A stretch of 61,707 nt of DNA, filler included, from Candidatus Omnitrophota bacterium (GTDB taxonomy: Bacteria > Omnitrophota > Gorgyraeia > Zapsychrales > JBDRMG01), in the NCBI GenBank assembly GCA_043812495.1. It is 6 parts of 6 records of this genome, joined end to end, with 100 filler letters (N's around TTAATTAATTAA, not from the genome) between each part and the next. Parts side by side here need not be neighbours in the genome. Positions count along the whole stretch, not along the records: positions 34,871 to 47,514 come from JBDRMG010000048.1; positions 47,615 to 59,287 come from JBDRMG010000049.1; 4 more parts are not named here. One strand, given 5' to 3'. The position numbers and the translations under genes were made by a program. The notes under the pieces were generated by a model. The model did no database searches. It saw only the letters and a program-made list of their open reading frames with translations, and had not been told where the DNA came from. This document shows positions 45,237 through 55,635 of this stretch, in pieces (position 1 is the first letter of the stretch; each line of letters starts with the position of its first letter).

Positions 45237-46679
45237 CTATGCAGCGTATGCCTCTTTGGCTTGGACTTGAGAATTCTTCTTCTTGGGGCATTCGCCCAAC
45301 CAGCAGTAGAGGCAGAGTTTTTCGCGCGGCAGACCGATGGCCTGAACCATGTCCTCTACCGTTTGATAGCGCAACGTTGTGACTTCGATATCTTTGGCAA
45401 TCCAATCAACCATTTTCTTGTATTGATCGGAATTCGGATCAATGTACGCTGAAACATTATCGATATCGCGGCCTTCAATCGCACGGATGGCTTTGCGCGC
45501 GGCCAATTCCTGGATGCTGCGTGTGGAAAGGCAAAACCGGCACGGAAACATCAAAGGGGGGCACGCCGGCCGCACATGAACCTCTCTCGCTTTGCAATCC
45601 CATAACTTATTAATCGTAAAATTCTTCAGTTGGGTTCCGCGGACAATCGAATCTTCGCAGACGACAATACGGTTGTTTTCAATAATTTCTTTGACAGGGA
45701 TCAGTTTCATTTTGGCGACTAAATCACGTGTTTCCTGATTTGGCGGTGTGTAGCTTCGGCCGTAACCGGGTGTGTATTTTACGAGTGGCCGGCGATATGG
45801 TTTTTTTGATTCCATGGCGTATCCGATCGCATGCGCGATACCGGAGTCAGGAACGCCCGAGACAACATCGACCTCAATATCTTTGTCATTTCTGGCCAGT
45901 GCTCGGCCGCAGCGTTCGCGCACGGTTTCGACATTGATTCCTTCATAGCTTGAGGCCGGGAATCCCGTATAGATCCATAAGAAAGTGCATATCTGATTGA
46001 CTTTGTTTCCCGGACTTTTGTCGGTCAGACCTTTTTCATTTAAAAGAATGATTTCTCCCGGCTGGAGAAATTTAACAACCTCAAATCCGATATTGGGCAG
46101 GGCGCTGCTTTCGGATGTGATGGCCCAATCATTCCCTTTTCTTCCGAGCACAAGGGGTGTATACCCAAGGCGATCGCGTGCCGCGTAGAGGCCGTCTTTG
46201 TTCAAAAGCAGCAATGAGCAGGATCCTTCGATTAAGTCAAACATCTTCTCGATACCATCAATCAGATTATCGCCAAGGCTGATCAATTTAGCGATCAGCT
46301 CGGTGATATTGATGTCGTGCTTACTTGTTTCGCTAAAAGAAATACCTTTCTCAAAAAGATGCGCCTTCAGCTTATCCTTGTTTTCAATCAAGCCCATCGT
46401 GACAATACAAAAGGTCCCAAACCGAGAATTTAAGAAAATGGGCTGCTCGTCACTGTCGCTGATGACGCCGATGCCTTTTTCGCCTTTCATGCGATGATAA
46501 TCGTCGTAAAACTTGGATTTGAATTGGGACTGACTGATATTATGAATTTGACGTACAAACTGCTGACCCAACAGGGCCATCCCCCCATACTCCGTGCCCA
46601 GATGAGAATGGTAATCGGTTCCGTAAAATAATATCTCAGGACAGTTGTTCTTTGATACCGCGCCAAAAATTCCGCTCAT
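45237..46679 (-). CDS. purF: Amidophosphoribosyltransferase-like protein lacking the N-terminal Cys (starts MSGIFG)
   Basis: ARDRLGYTPL; GVPDSG; VVCEDSIVRGT PRPP-binding loop; Fe-S cysteines in CPPLMFPC and CLYCW. Confidence 0.85.
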   Translation of the reverse strand: MSGIFGAVSKNNCPEILFYGTDYHSHLGTEYGGMALLGQQFVRQIHNISQSQFKSKFYDDYHRMKGEKGIGVISDSDEQPIFLNSRFGTFCIVTMGLIENKDKLKAHLFEKGISFSETSKHDINITELIAKLISLGDNLIDGIEKMFDLIEGSCSLLLLNKDGLYAARDRLGYTPLVLGRKGNDWAITSESSALPNIGFEVVKFLQPGEIILLNEKGLTDKSPGNKVNQICTFLWIYTGFPASSYEGINVETVRERCGRALARNDKDIEVDVVSGVPDSGIAHAIGYAMESKKPYRRPLVKYTPGYGRSYTPPNQETRDLVAKMKLIPVKEIIENNRIVVCEDSIVRGTQLKNFTINKLWDCKAREVHVRPACPPLMFPCRFCLSTRSIQELAARKAIRAIEGRDIDNVSAYIDPNSDQYKKMVDWIAKDIEVTTLRYQTVEDMVQAIGLPREKLCLYCWLGECPKKKNSQVQAKEAYAA

Positions 46680-46692
46680 CTTGATCTCCTTT

Positions 46693-47376
46693 TTATTCTG
46701 TTGGCTCGCTAGAGGGGTTTAAATTTTCCTGAGATACTTGCGTCCAGTTTTCTTCTTCTATTTTCCATTGCCCGTTTTCATGGATAAAGACAACCTGGCC
46801 TTGCTGAGGGCTGATTGATCCTGATTCAAGACTTTTTAATTGACCATTGAGAAAGAGAATGGCCTTATGATCCTGATTGCGGACTTCATAATTCTGAAGT
46901 TTATATTCTACGGGAACAAGGCTTTTGAGCGCGCCGATCATGAGTTCCTTCTCATTAAAGGCCACCCCATCGAGTGTTTTAGCCAATTGCCCCTTTTTGT
47001 TTAAAGACAAAAACGACATCATTGTTTGCAGATCGCCCTTAAGTTGGGCTTCGTTTTTCATTTCGTAGACATTCAATAATTGATTTGATATCCCTTCTGG
47101 AGGGGAATCAGGCTTTAAGATTTCAATCGGGGGATGACTTTGTTGATCATGAGAGGCTTCTGAATCTGATGGGATATCGTTTTCGATGTTTAGAATCTCA
47201 TCACGATAATAGGTCACCGGCATATCAATCCCGATATCGACTTTGATAAAATCAGATGTCTGTTCAATGATTTTGCCTTTTAGCGTCTTGCCGGATTTGA
47301 ATTGAATCGTCTCGGCAGATGCCCAACTAACCGTCAATGAAACGATAAACGCTAAGAGAGAATATTTTGATCGCAT
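46693..47376 (-). CDS. Hypothetical secreted protein
   Basis: Signal peptide, then ETIQFKSGKTLKGKIIEQ beta-domain; C-terminal ENGQWKI motif. Confidence 0.7.
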   Translation of the reverse strand: MRSKYSLLAFIVSLTVSWASAETIQFKSGKTLKGKIIEQTSDFIKVDIGIDMPVTYYRDEILNIENDIPSDSEASHDQQSHPPIEILKPDSPPEGISNQLLNVYEMKNEAQLKGDLQTMMSFLSLNKKGQLAKTLDGVAFNEKELMIGALKSLVPVEYKLQNYEVRNQDHKAILFLNGQLKSLESGSISPQQGQVVFIHENGQWKIEEENWTQVSQENLNPSSEPTE

Positions 47377-47614
47377 TTTGATTTTCCCTTTCGAAAGGAT
47401 ATTAAATTGGGCCATTCTTCTTTATTGACTTTTTCTTTATTAAAGGAACGGTGGAAGTCAATATAAGGTCTTCTTTCTCGTATAGAGAAAATATTATTGA
47501 CTGTTCCATTAATANNNNNNNNNNNNNNNNNNNNNNNNNNNNNNNNNNNNNNNNNNNNTTAATTAATTAANNNNNNNNNNNNNNNNNNNNNNNNNNNNNN
47601 NNNNNNNNNNNNNN

Positions 47615-47755
47615 TGTGTTTCTTCTTTTTAGTGTTAGAATGCTTTAGCTCCATATGACCTCCTGTTTTTTGTTTGTTTCCACTTACAAATTAACAGTTT
47701 TTTTGGTCTTTGGAGCTTTTTTCTTATTTTGTCTCACTTAATGTTACAATCTTTC
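47615..47755 (-). mobile_element. Second copy of the 141-bp probable IS left end
   Basis: Identical to 10186-10326 but with a different flank. Confidence 0.5.
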
Positions 47756-47821
47756 TTATCGCGCCACATCTCCAAAAAATCTTTTCATACCCATCCGTGA
47801 TATGCTAAAATACCTCTCACC

Positions 47822-50728
47822 ATGCCCGATGTCATTCTCAAAAACCTTAATCCCGAACAAAAAAAAGCGGTTAAACACGAACAAGGGCCGCTTCTGATCA
47901 TTGCCGGCGCGGGAACCGGCAAGACCACGGTCATCACCCACCGCATTGCCCATTTGATCGTCAACAAAGGCATAAGGCCCAATGAAATCCTTGCACTGAC
48001 CTTCACGGACAAGGCCGCGTTTCAGATGCAGGAGCGCGTGGACATTCTTGTGCCCTACGGTTTTACCGACACGTGGATTTCCACGTTTCACGCCTTCGGC
48101 GACCGGGTGTTGCGCGAGAATGCCTTGGATATGGGCTTGAGTCCCGATTTCCGGGTGATGACGCGGCCGCAGTCCGCGGTCTTGCTGCGGGAAAATCTTT
48201 TTAAATTTTCTCTGGAATACTACCGTCCTCTGGGTACGCCCACCAAATACGTTAAGGCCTTTATTTCGCTTTTTTCACGGGCGCGCGACGAGGACATCTC
48301 GTGTGAAGAATATCTCGCGCACGCGCAGGCACTTTCGCAAAAAGCAGCGGCGCACCCCGAAGATGAGGCCTTAGCCGAAGAGGCCCTGCACCAGATAGAG
48401 ATCGCGCGCTGCTACCAGCAGTATTGCGAACTTCTTTTGAAAGAAGGCCGGATTGATTTCGCCAATCAGTTTTATCTCACACTCCAGCTTTTCCGCGCGC
48501 ATCCTAGCGTGTTGAAATATTACCAGGACCAGTTCAGGTACATCCTGGTCGATGAATTTCAGGACACCAATTACGCGCAATTCGAGTTGGTCAAGCTTTT
48601 AGCCAGGGGCACAAAAAACCTGACCGTGGTCGCGGACGACGACCAGTCGATTTACAAATGGCGCGGGGCCGCGGTTTCCAATATCCGCAACTTCATGGCG
48701 ACCTACCCGGCTTGCGAAAAAGTGGCGCTCACGCGCAATTACCGCTCGACGCAAAAAATTCTGGATTCCGCCTACCGGTTGATTCAGAACAACAATCCCG
48801 ACCGTTTTGAAGTCCAGGCCAAAATCAACAAACGCCTGGTGGCCAAGACAAAAGCAGGCCAGGGCCCAGCGGCCAAACAATTCGACACGCTTTCAAGCGA
48901 ATCGGACTGGGTCGCCGAGAAAATAGCCAACGACATCAAAAAGAAAAAACGCACGTACCGCGACTTCGCGGTCCTGGTGCGCTCCAATTCCGACGCCGAA
49001 TCGTTTCTGCACGCGTTTAACATGCGCGGGATACCTTGGCAGTTCAGCGGCAATCAGGGGCTGTACGCGCGCTCCGAGGTGAAATTATGCATTTCGTTTT
49101 TGCGGTTGATGGCAAATCCGGCGGATTCGCTCAGTCTTTATTTTCTAGCCACGTCTTCCATTTACCATGTGCCCATTGTCGAGCTTTCACGTGTGATGCA
49201 CGCGGCCAGGCGCCGCAATTTCGATCTTTATTCAACACTTAAAAGAATTTCCGGTATTGAAGGTTTTGAAGATCTTTCGCAAGAATTTAAAGAATCAAAA
49301 GACAAAATCCTCACCGACATCGAAAAATACATGGAGCTCTCAAGGGAACTGCCCGCGGGCCAGCTTCTTTATGCGTTCTTGACGGAATCCGGATATCTGA
49401 AAGGACTTGTTCAAAACGAATCCCAGGACAACGAAGACAAAATCAAAAATCTCGCCAAGTTTTTTGACATCATCAAGGAATTTGAGTACGCGGCCAAAGA
49501 AAACCGTGTTGTGTATTTCATCAATTACCTGGACTTGCTCATCAATGTCGGGGATGACCCGGCTGTCGCCGAAGCGGATTTCGATGTCGAGGCCGTCAGT
49601 GTCCTGACGATTCACAAGGCCAAGGGCCTGGAATTTCCCGTTGTGTTTTTGGTCGGCCTTGTGGAGCAGCGGTTTCCCTGGCCGTACCGCAAAGACCCCA
49701 TTGAGCTTCCGCAGGAGCTCATCAAAGATATTCTGCCTATCGGTGATTTCCATATCCAGGAGGAACGGCGCCTGTTTTATGTCGGCATGACGCGCGCGCA
49801 AAAAGAATTATATTTAACGAGCGCCACGGATTACGGGACCAAACGCCTAAAAAAAGTCAGCCGGTTTGTTGAAGAGGCCGTGACGCGGAAGAAAACAGAA
49901 AAGATCGCCAAGACAAGCGCGCTTGAATCCATCGAGCGCCATGCCGCCGGTCAACGGGTTGCCGTCGTGCAAAGCGTCACGAGTGATAACCAAATCATCA
50001 ACTTAAGCTATTTTCAAATCGATGACTACCTGACGTGCCCGCTCAAATACAAATATGTGCATGTTTTGCGCGTGCCCATCATGGCGCATCATACGGTGCT
50101 CTACGGCAAGGCCCTTCATGATGCTGTGCAATATTACCATCTGAGGACCATGAAAAAGGAAAGCGTCAAGGAAGATGAGCTGATGAGGATTTTTGAGGAG
50201 TCTTTTACCAAGGAAGGTTTTCTTTCTCAGGAACATATTGCTCTTCGGATGAAATCCGGGGCGCAGGCCATTCATCAGTTTTTTCAACAACAGGAGCACA
50301 CACGTATCATTCCGCAGTTTGTTGAAAAAGAATTTTCTTTTGCGCTTGGCCATAATCGCATCATCGGGCGATGGGACCGTGTGGATGAAAGAGGCGACGA
50401 AATTATTCTCATCGACTTTAAATCATCCCATATTGCCAAACAGGAACAGGCGGACAAGCGGACCAAAGACAGCCTTCAGCTTGATTTGTACGCCATGGCC
50501 TACGAAAAGGTTTTTGGCCGCCTGCCGGATTTTAAGGAATTGCATTTTCTGGAAACGGGTTTGATCGGACGCGCGCCTTTAACGGAAAAAAACCTTAAAA
50601 AGGCCGCCCAGTCCGTTGACAAAGCGGCGGCCGGCATACGCGCTCATCATTTTCAGGCCACACCCAGTCAAATCAACTGCACCTATTGCGCCTTCAACCA
50701 GATTTGTCCTTTTGCGATTTTAAGATAA
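47822..50728 (+). CDS. UvrD/PcrA-family helicase fused to a C-terminal PD-(D/E)XK nuclease with Fe-S cysteines (AdnAB-like)
   Basis: AGAGTGKT; VDEFQDTN; TIHKAKGLEF; EERRLFYVGMTRA; CPLKY; GRWDRVD; IDFKS; CTYCAFNQIC. Confidence 0.9.
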   Translation: MPDVILKNLNPEQKKAVKHEQGPLLIIAGAGTGKTTVITHRIAHLIVNKGIRPNEILALTFTDKAAFQMQERVDILVPYGFTDTWISTFHAFGDRVLRENALDMGLSPDFRVMTRPQSAVLLRENLFKFSLEYYRPLGTPTKYVKAFISLFSRARDEDISCEEYLAHAQALSQKAAAHPEDEALAEEALHQIEIARCYQQYCELLLKEGRIDFANQFYLTLQLFRAHPSVLKYYQDQFRYILVDEFQDTNYAQFELVKLLARGTKNLTVVADDDQSIYKWRGAAVSNIRNFMATYPACEKVALTRNYRSTQKILDSAYRLIQNNNPDRFEVQAKINKRLVAKTKAGQGPAAKQFDTLSSESDWVAEKIANDIKKKKRTYRDFAVLVRSNSDAESFLHAFNMRGIPWQFSGNQGLYARSEVKLCISFLRLMANPADSLSLYFLATSSIYHVPIVELSRVMHAARRRNFDLYSTLKRISGIEGFEDLSQEFKESKDKILTDIEKYMELSRELPAGQLLYAFLTESGYLKGLVQNESQDNEDKIKNLAKFFDIIKEFEYAAKENRVVYFINYLDLLINVGDDPAVAEADFDVEAVSVLTIHKAKGLEFPVVFLVGLVEQRFPWPYRKDPIELPQELIKDILPIGDFHIQEERRLFYVGMTRAQKELYLTSATDYGTKRLKKVSRFVEEAVTRKKTEKIAKTSALESIERHAAGQRVAVVQSVTSDNQIINLSYFQIDDYLTCPLKYKYVHVLRVPIMAHHTVLYGKALHDAVQYYHLRTMKKESVKEDELMRIFEESFTKEGFLSQEHIALRMKSGAQAIHQFFQQQEHTRIIPQFVEKEFSFALGHNRIIGRWDRVDERGDEIILIDFKSSHIAKQEQADKRTKDSLQLDLYAMAYEKVFGRLPDFKELHFLETGLIGRAPLTEKNLKKAAQSVDKAAAGIRAHHFQATPSQINCTYCAFNQICPFAILR

Positions 50729-50843
50729 AAAACCGCCTCCGTTCCCGGAGGGGAGATGGTCCAAAGGCTGCCTTCAGAAATATTATTATTCATACTAATT
50801 TTAAAGAAATTGTGTTATTTTATTAGGGATTAAAAAACCTGTC

Positions 50844-52475
50844 ATGAATCTTCATTTAAATAAACTCAAAAACTTTCACGGCCGGCCGGGCCCGCTTATG
50901 TACATCATCATGGACGGCGTGGGCCTTGGAAAGAAAGACGAAACAGACGGGCTTTTTCTCGCGAAGACACCCTGCCTGGATGAACTGTTCAAAAGCAAGC
51001 TCTTTGCGGCCCTCAAGGCGCACGGCAAGGCCGTCGGACTTCCGTCCGATGACGATATGGGCAACAGCGAAGTCGGGCACAACGCGCTTGGGGCCGGACG
51101 CGTGTTTGCGCAGGGCGCGCGCTTTGTCAATGATTCGATTCAAACCGGGAAAATATTTCAAACAGAACTTTGGGCAAAAATCATTGAGCGCTCGAAATAC
51201 GCGGGGCACACCGTTCATTTCATCGGTCTTCTTTCAGACGGCAACGTGCATTCGCATATTGAGCAGCTCTTCGCTTTAATCAAACAATGCGCGCAAGATG
51301 GTGTTAAGCGCATTTGCCTTCATCCGCTCTTAGACGGCCGCGATGTGCCGGAAAAATCCGCGCTGACGTATATCGAGAAAACAGAAAATTTCCTCAAGGA
51401 CATCAACCAACAATTTGGTGTAGACGCAAAGATTGCTTCCGGCGGGGGCCGTATGATCACGACCATGGACCGCTACAACGCAGACTGGAGCGTGGTCAAG
51501 CGCGGCTGGGACGCGCATGTGTTAGGCAGGGCCCGGACGTTTTCTTCAGCTGCTGAAGCGATTTCCACGTATTACAAGGAAGATCCCAAAATTACGGATC
51601 AATATCTCGATTCTTTTGTGATTATGAAAAATGAAAAACCGGTCGGAACGATTGAAGACGGGGACGCGGTTGTGTTTTTCAATTTCCGCGGGGACCGGGC
51701 CATTGAGATTTCGCGTGCTTTTGAGGAGAAAGATTTTAAGGAATTCGATCGCGAACGCGTACCCCGCGTTTTGTACGCCGGCATCATGGAATACGACGGC
51801 GATTTGAAGATCCCGAAGAATTTTTTGGTCAACCCTCCGCAGATCGACCGGACTATCGGGCAGTATTTGTGCGCGCAAGGCGTCACGTCTTTCGCGATTT
51901 CGGAGACGCAGAAATTTGGCCATGTCACGTATTTCTGGAACGGAAATAATTCCGGATACATCGATGAAAAACTCGAAAAATACATCGAAATCCCTTCGGA
52001 TAAAATCCAGTTCGACAAGGCGCCGAAGATGAAGGCGCCCGAGATTACCGAGAAAACAATCGAGCTTTTGAAAAGTGGGAAGTACAAATTCGGCCGCTTA
52101 AATTTTGCCAACGGCGACATGGTGGGTCACACGGGTATTGTCCCGGCGATTCTTGAGGCCGTGGAAACGGTGGATGTCTGCGTTGCAAAACTTCTTGGTG
52201 TTGTGAAAGAACTTAAGGGAATCGCCATTGTTTCGGCGGACCACGGAAACAGCGATCACATGTTTGATGTGAAAAAAGGAAAAAAGGATGTACGCACCGC
52301 GCATTCTTTAAATCCCGTGCCGTTTGTGATTATTGACTCCGGGTATCAGGGGGAATATGAAATGGCTGACTTGAAAGAGGCCGGTCTTTCGAATGTCGCA
52401 GCGACTATTCTGAATCTCTTGGGATATGAAAAGCCCGAGGATTATGAGCCGTCGCTGATTAAATTTAAGAAATAA
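50844..52475 (+). CDS. gpmI: 2,3-bisphosphoglycerate-independent phosphoglycerate mutase
   Basis: MGNSEVGHN; SDGNVHS; NFRGDRA; DMVGHTG; ADHGN. Confidence 0.95.
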   Translation: MNLHLNKLKNFHGRPGPLMYIIMDGVGLGKKDETDGLFLAKTPCLDELFKSKLFAALKAHGKAVGLPSDDDMGNSEVGHNALGAGRVFAQGARFVNDSIQTGKIFQTELWAKIIERSKYAGHTVHFIGLLSDGNVHSHIEQLFALIKQCAQDGVKRICLHPLLDGRDVPEKSALTYIEKTENFLKDINQQFGVDAKIASGGGRMITTMDRYNADWSVVKRGWDAHVLGRARTFSSAAEAISTYYKEDPKITDQYLDSFVIMKNEKPVGTIEDGDAVVFFNFRGDRAIEISRAFEEKDFKEFDRERVPRVLYAGIMEYDGDLKIPKNFLVNPPQIDRTIGQYLCAQGVTSFAISETQKFGHVTYFWNGNNSGYIDEKLEKYIEIPSDKIQFDKAPKMKAPEITEKTIELLKSGKYKFGRLNFANGDMVGHTGIVPAILEAVETVDVCVAKLLGVVKELKGIAIVSADHGNSDHMFDVKKGKKDVRTAHSLNPVPFVIIDSGYQGEYEMADLKEAGLSNVAATILNLLGYEKPEDYEPSLIKFKK

Positions 52476-52476
52476 T

Positions 52477-52518
52477 CAGACCACAGACCACAGACTACAG
52501 ACTACAGACCAAAGACCA
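52477..52518 (+). repeat. 7-bp tandem repeat (CAGACYA) x~6
   Basis: cagacca cagacca cagacta cagacta cagacca aagacca. Confidence 0.9.
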
Positions 52519-52532
52519 AGACTTTAGATTTT

Positions 52533-53141
52533 ATGTCAATGGAAGAGAAAAAAGATAAAATTGAAAAACTCAAACGGCAGATTGCGCGTTGTCGGCGTTG
52601 TGTCCTGAACAAAACACGCACGAATACAGTGCCGGGCGAAGGGTCGGCGGACGCAAGGATCATGTTCATCGGCGAGGCGCCGGGACAAAGCGAAGATGAA
52701 CAGGGAAGACCTTTTGTGGGGCGCGCGGGGCATATCCTTGATCAGCTTTTGGAATCGATTGACTTGAAACGGGAGGACGTTTACATTTGCAATATCTTAA
52801 AATGCCGGCCGCCGTCCAATCGTAACCCCTTAAGCGATGAGATCCGGGCGTGTGCAGGGGCTTTAGATAGACAGATCAAAGTTATTGATCCTGTGATCAT
52901 CGCAACGCTGGGAAGTTTTGCGACCACCACCATTTTTGAGAAATTCGGTCTTGCCCCGGCCAAGATCAGCGCCGTGCACGGAAAAGTTTTTGACACGCAA
53001 ACACCTTTTGGGCCAAAGAAAATCATTCCGCTTTTTCATCCGGCGGTCGCGACCTACGATGCAAGCAAGCTGGATTTGCTGAAAAAAGATTTCCGTATTT
53101 TCCAGAATATTTTGCAGGAGGAATGCGCTCATCATGATTGA
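52533..53141 (+). CDS. Uracil-DNA glycosylase, family 4 (Fe-S)
   Basis: CRRC; IGEAPG; PFVGRAG; KCRPP; HPA. Confidence 0.92.
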   Translation: MSMEEKKDKIEKLKRQIARCRRCVLNKTRTNTVPGEGSADARIMFIGEAPGQSEDEQGRPFVGRAGHILDQLLESIDLKREDVYICNILKCRPPSNRNPLSDEIRACAGALDRQIKVIDPVIIATLGSFATTTIFEKFGLAPAKISAVHGKVFDTQTPFGPKKIIPLFHPAVATYDASKLDLLKKDFRIFQNILQEECAHHD

Positions 53142-53877
53142 GGGTGTCCTGATCCTTAAAATTTTCATCGCGCTTTTTGTGCTGGCGTTTGCCGTGGCCA
53201 GTTTTTGCGTGTTTTTCGACCAGGCAGTTTTTACGCGCCGAGGGACCGTCTATCGCGCGGACACAGGCCAAAAACAAGTGGCCCTTACATTTGACGATGG
53301 GCCGTCTCCGGTCTGGACGCCCAAAATTCTCGATGAACTCAAAAAAGAAGGGATCAAAGCGACCTTTTTTATGATTGGCCATCACGCCAAAGAATATCCG
53401 GATATCGCCCGGCGAGTTGCGCAAGAAGGCCATGAGATTGAAAATCACGGCTATGCCCACAGTGTTTTAGTCTACTACACGCCCGAAGAGATCGAAGAAG
53501 AGATCAAATACACGGAGCATGTCATTCGGGACGCAACCGGCCGGACCACCAAATATTTCCGGCCGCCCAAGGCGTGGCTGCAACCGGCCATCAAGAAGAA
53601 AATCAAGGCCATGGGCTACGAAGTGGTTTTGTGGTCTTTGAATTCCAAGGACTGGGTGACGTTTGACAGTAAATACATCGCGCGGTTTATTTCCCGCAAT
53701 ATCAGCAACGGCGATATTTTGTTGTTTCATGACAGCGGTGGCGTTTTTTCAAAAGAAGGGGGCAATCGCAAGGAAACCGTGGATTCTATTTCCCGATTGG
53801 CAAAGAAAATCAGACAACAAGGTTTTACGTTTGTAACCGTAGAGGAGCTTCTTCATGGACAGAGACCTAGTGAGTAA
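53134..53877 (+). CDS. Polysaccharide deacetylase (NodB/CE4), membrane anchored
   Basis: LTFDDGP; HGYAH; FRPP; LLFHD. Confidence 0.92.
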   Translation: MIEGVLILKIFIALFVLAFAVASFCVFFDQAVFTRRGTVYRADTGQKQVALTFDDGPSPVWTPKILDELKKEGIKATFFMIGHHAKEYPDIARRVAQEGHEIENHGYAHSVLVYYTPEEIEEEIKYTEHVIRDATGRTTKYFRPPKAWLQPAIKKKIKAMGYEVVLWSLNSKDWVTFDSKYIARFISRNISNGDILLFHDSGGVFSKEGGNRKETVDSISRLAKKIRQQGFTFVTVEELLHGQRPSE

Positions 53878-55537
53878 TTGGACTCACCGGAAAATCATTC
53901 TTATTTTGCTTGGGGTCAGTTTCATTTTCTTGATGTTCGGTAATGGGGCCCTGAGCCTGACACACCCCGACGAGGTTTTTTACGCTCAGATCGCCAAAGA
54001 AATGATCCACCATCATTCCTGGATGACGCCCTACATTTTTGATGAACCCAATTTCGAGAAACCTATTTTCTTTTATTGGTTGATGGTGGCGGTGATTCGT
54101 CTTTTTGGGCTCTCGGCCTTCGTGGCAAGGTTTTGGCCGGCCTGTTTTGGAATTCTGGGAGTGATTTTGACGTACTGGATGGCTTTTTTGTTGTTTAAAG
54201 ATAAACGAACGGGATTTTATTCGGGAATGATTTTGGCCAGCAGTTTTATTTACATTGCTCTCTCGAGGGCCATCTTAACGGATATGGTGTTTTCGATATG
54301 GGTGGTTCTGGCTCTGGCCTGTTTTTATTGGGGTTACTCAGACAGGAAATACAAGTCCCTGGGAATTTTCCTGTGCTTCGTCGTTTCGGGTGTCGCTGTT
54401 TTAACTAAAGGGATTTTAGGCTTCATTTTTCCGTTTGGCATTATTTTCCTTTTCCTTTTGTGGAAGAAAGAACTTTCTTTTTTGAAGGCCAAGGCGACCG
54501 CACTGGGGGTTCTGGCTTTGCTTGCGATCGTTGTCCCGTGGCATGTGCTGATGGTCAAATTGTACGGAAATACCTTTTTTCAAGAATACTGGCATAACGT
54601 TCATGTTCGGCGTATCTTTGACGCGGAACATCAAAAGAGCAATACGTGGTATTTTTATCCCTTGACGATGTTCACCGGCGTTTTTCCCTGGAGTTTGTTC
54701 TTGGTGCCGGCCGGTTGGTTTGTTGTCAAGAAAGTCAAGCAGATCAGCGCCGAGAGGGATCAATTTATTTTTCTTTTCATATGGATTATTTTTGTTTGGA
54801 TGTCCATGCAGGTGGCGGCTTCGAAGTTATCCAGCTATGTTTTTCCTGTGTTTCCGGCCCTGGCGATTCTTTTGGGATATTATTTTGCGCAGCTTATGAA
54901 AAATAAGGACGACCCCTTCCTCGCTAAATCTGCAAAAATCACCCAGTTCATCATTGTTTTCATCTGCCTTGTGGGCGGTATTGCCGCCATACTCTTTAGC
55001 AAGCAATATCCGATCATTTTCAGGAACATGTTTCCTATTTATCTTTTTTCCTTATTGCTTTTGGCCTGCGGTGTCGGCCTATTTATTTTGACGAGAAAAT
55101 CAAAGTATCTCCAAGCGACGGGATGTATCTTTTCTGTCGCCATCATTTTTCTGATGTCCGCTTTTTTTGGGATCCCGGATACAGAGCCGTGGGTGTCGTG
55201 CAAACAAATCTGCGATGTATTTAAGACCATCGATCAATCCGAGACAACCGTTTTGTGCTCAAAATTCTTTGTGCGCGGAGTGCGCTATTACACCGATCGC
55301 GATGTCGCCGTGATGGACAGCGGAGAAGGATTCTTTAGTCCGCATCCCGTTCCTTATCTTAATAACGACGACAAGGTTCGGGCTTTTCTGGATCGTCAGC
55401 CGTTTACCTATGCGATTGTCAAGGAATCCAATGTCAAAGACCTGGAAAGAATTTGTCAAAATAGCGGATATGAGCTGACCCATTTTTGGGACATTGGGGG
55501 CAAGTATATCGTCAAGGTTGAAAAGAAAGCGAAGTAG
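53855..55537 (+). CDS. ArnT/PMT-like membrane glycosyltransferase
   Basis: PDEVFYAQIAKEM; FEKP; LTKG; many TM segments. Confidence 0.9.
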   Translation: MDRDLVSNWTHRKIILILLGVSFIFLMFGNGALSLTHPDEVFYAQIAKEMIHHHSWMTPYIFDEPNFEKPIFFYWLMVAVIRLFGLSAFVARFWPACFGILGVILTYWMAFLLFKDKRTGFYSGMILASSFIYIALSRAILTDMVFSIWVVLALACFYWGYSDRKYKSLGIFLCFVVSGVAVLTKGILGFIFPFGIIFLFLLWKKELSFLKAKATALGVLALLAIVVPWHVLMVKLYGNTFFQEYWHNVHVRRIFDAEHQKSNTWYFYPLTMFTGVFPWSLFLVPAGWFVVKKVKQISAERDQFIFLFIWIIFVWMSMQVAASKLSSYVFPVFPALAILLGYYFAQLMKNKDDPFLAKSAKITQFIIVFICLVGGIAAILFSKQYPIIFRNMFPIYLFSLLLLACGVGLFILTRKSKYLQATGCIFSVAIIFLMSAFFGIPDTEPWVSCKQICDVFKTIDQSETTVLCSKFFVRGVRYYTDRDVAVMDSGEGFFSPHPVPYLNNDDKVRAFLDRQPFTYAIVKESNVKDLERICQNSGYELTHFWDIGGKYIVKVEKKAK

Positions 55538-55635
55538 AACAATTCTCAAGGAGCCTCTGGGCGGGGGCAAAACAAATACAATCACAATATTTCAATTGAC
55601 CCAATGACGAGTATGAATAAGAATTTTACCTAATT

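Noticed and set aside
47822..50728. Helicase-nuclease fusion as a novelty
   Set aside because: UvrD-PD-(D/E)XK fusions (AdnAB/AddAB-like) are well known.
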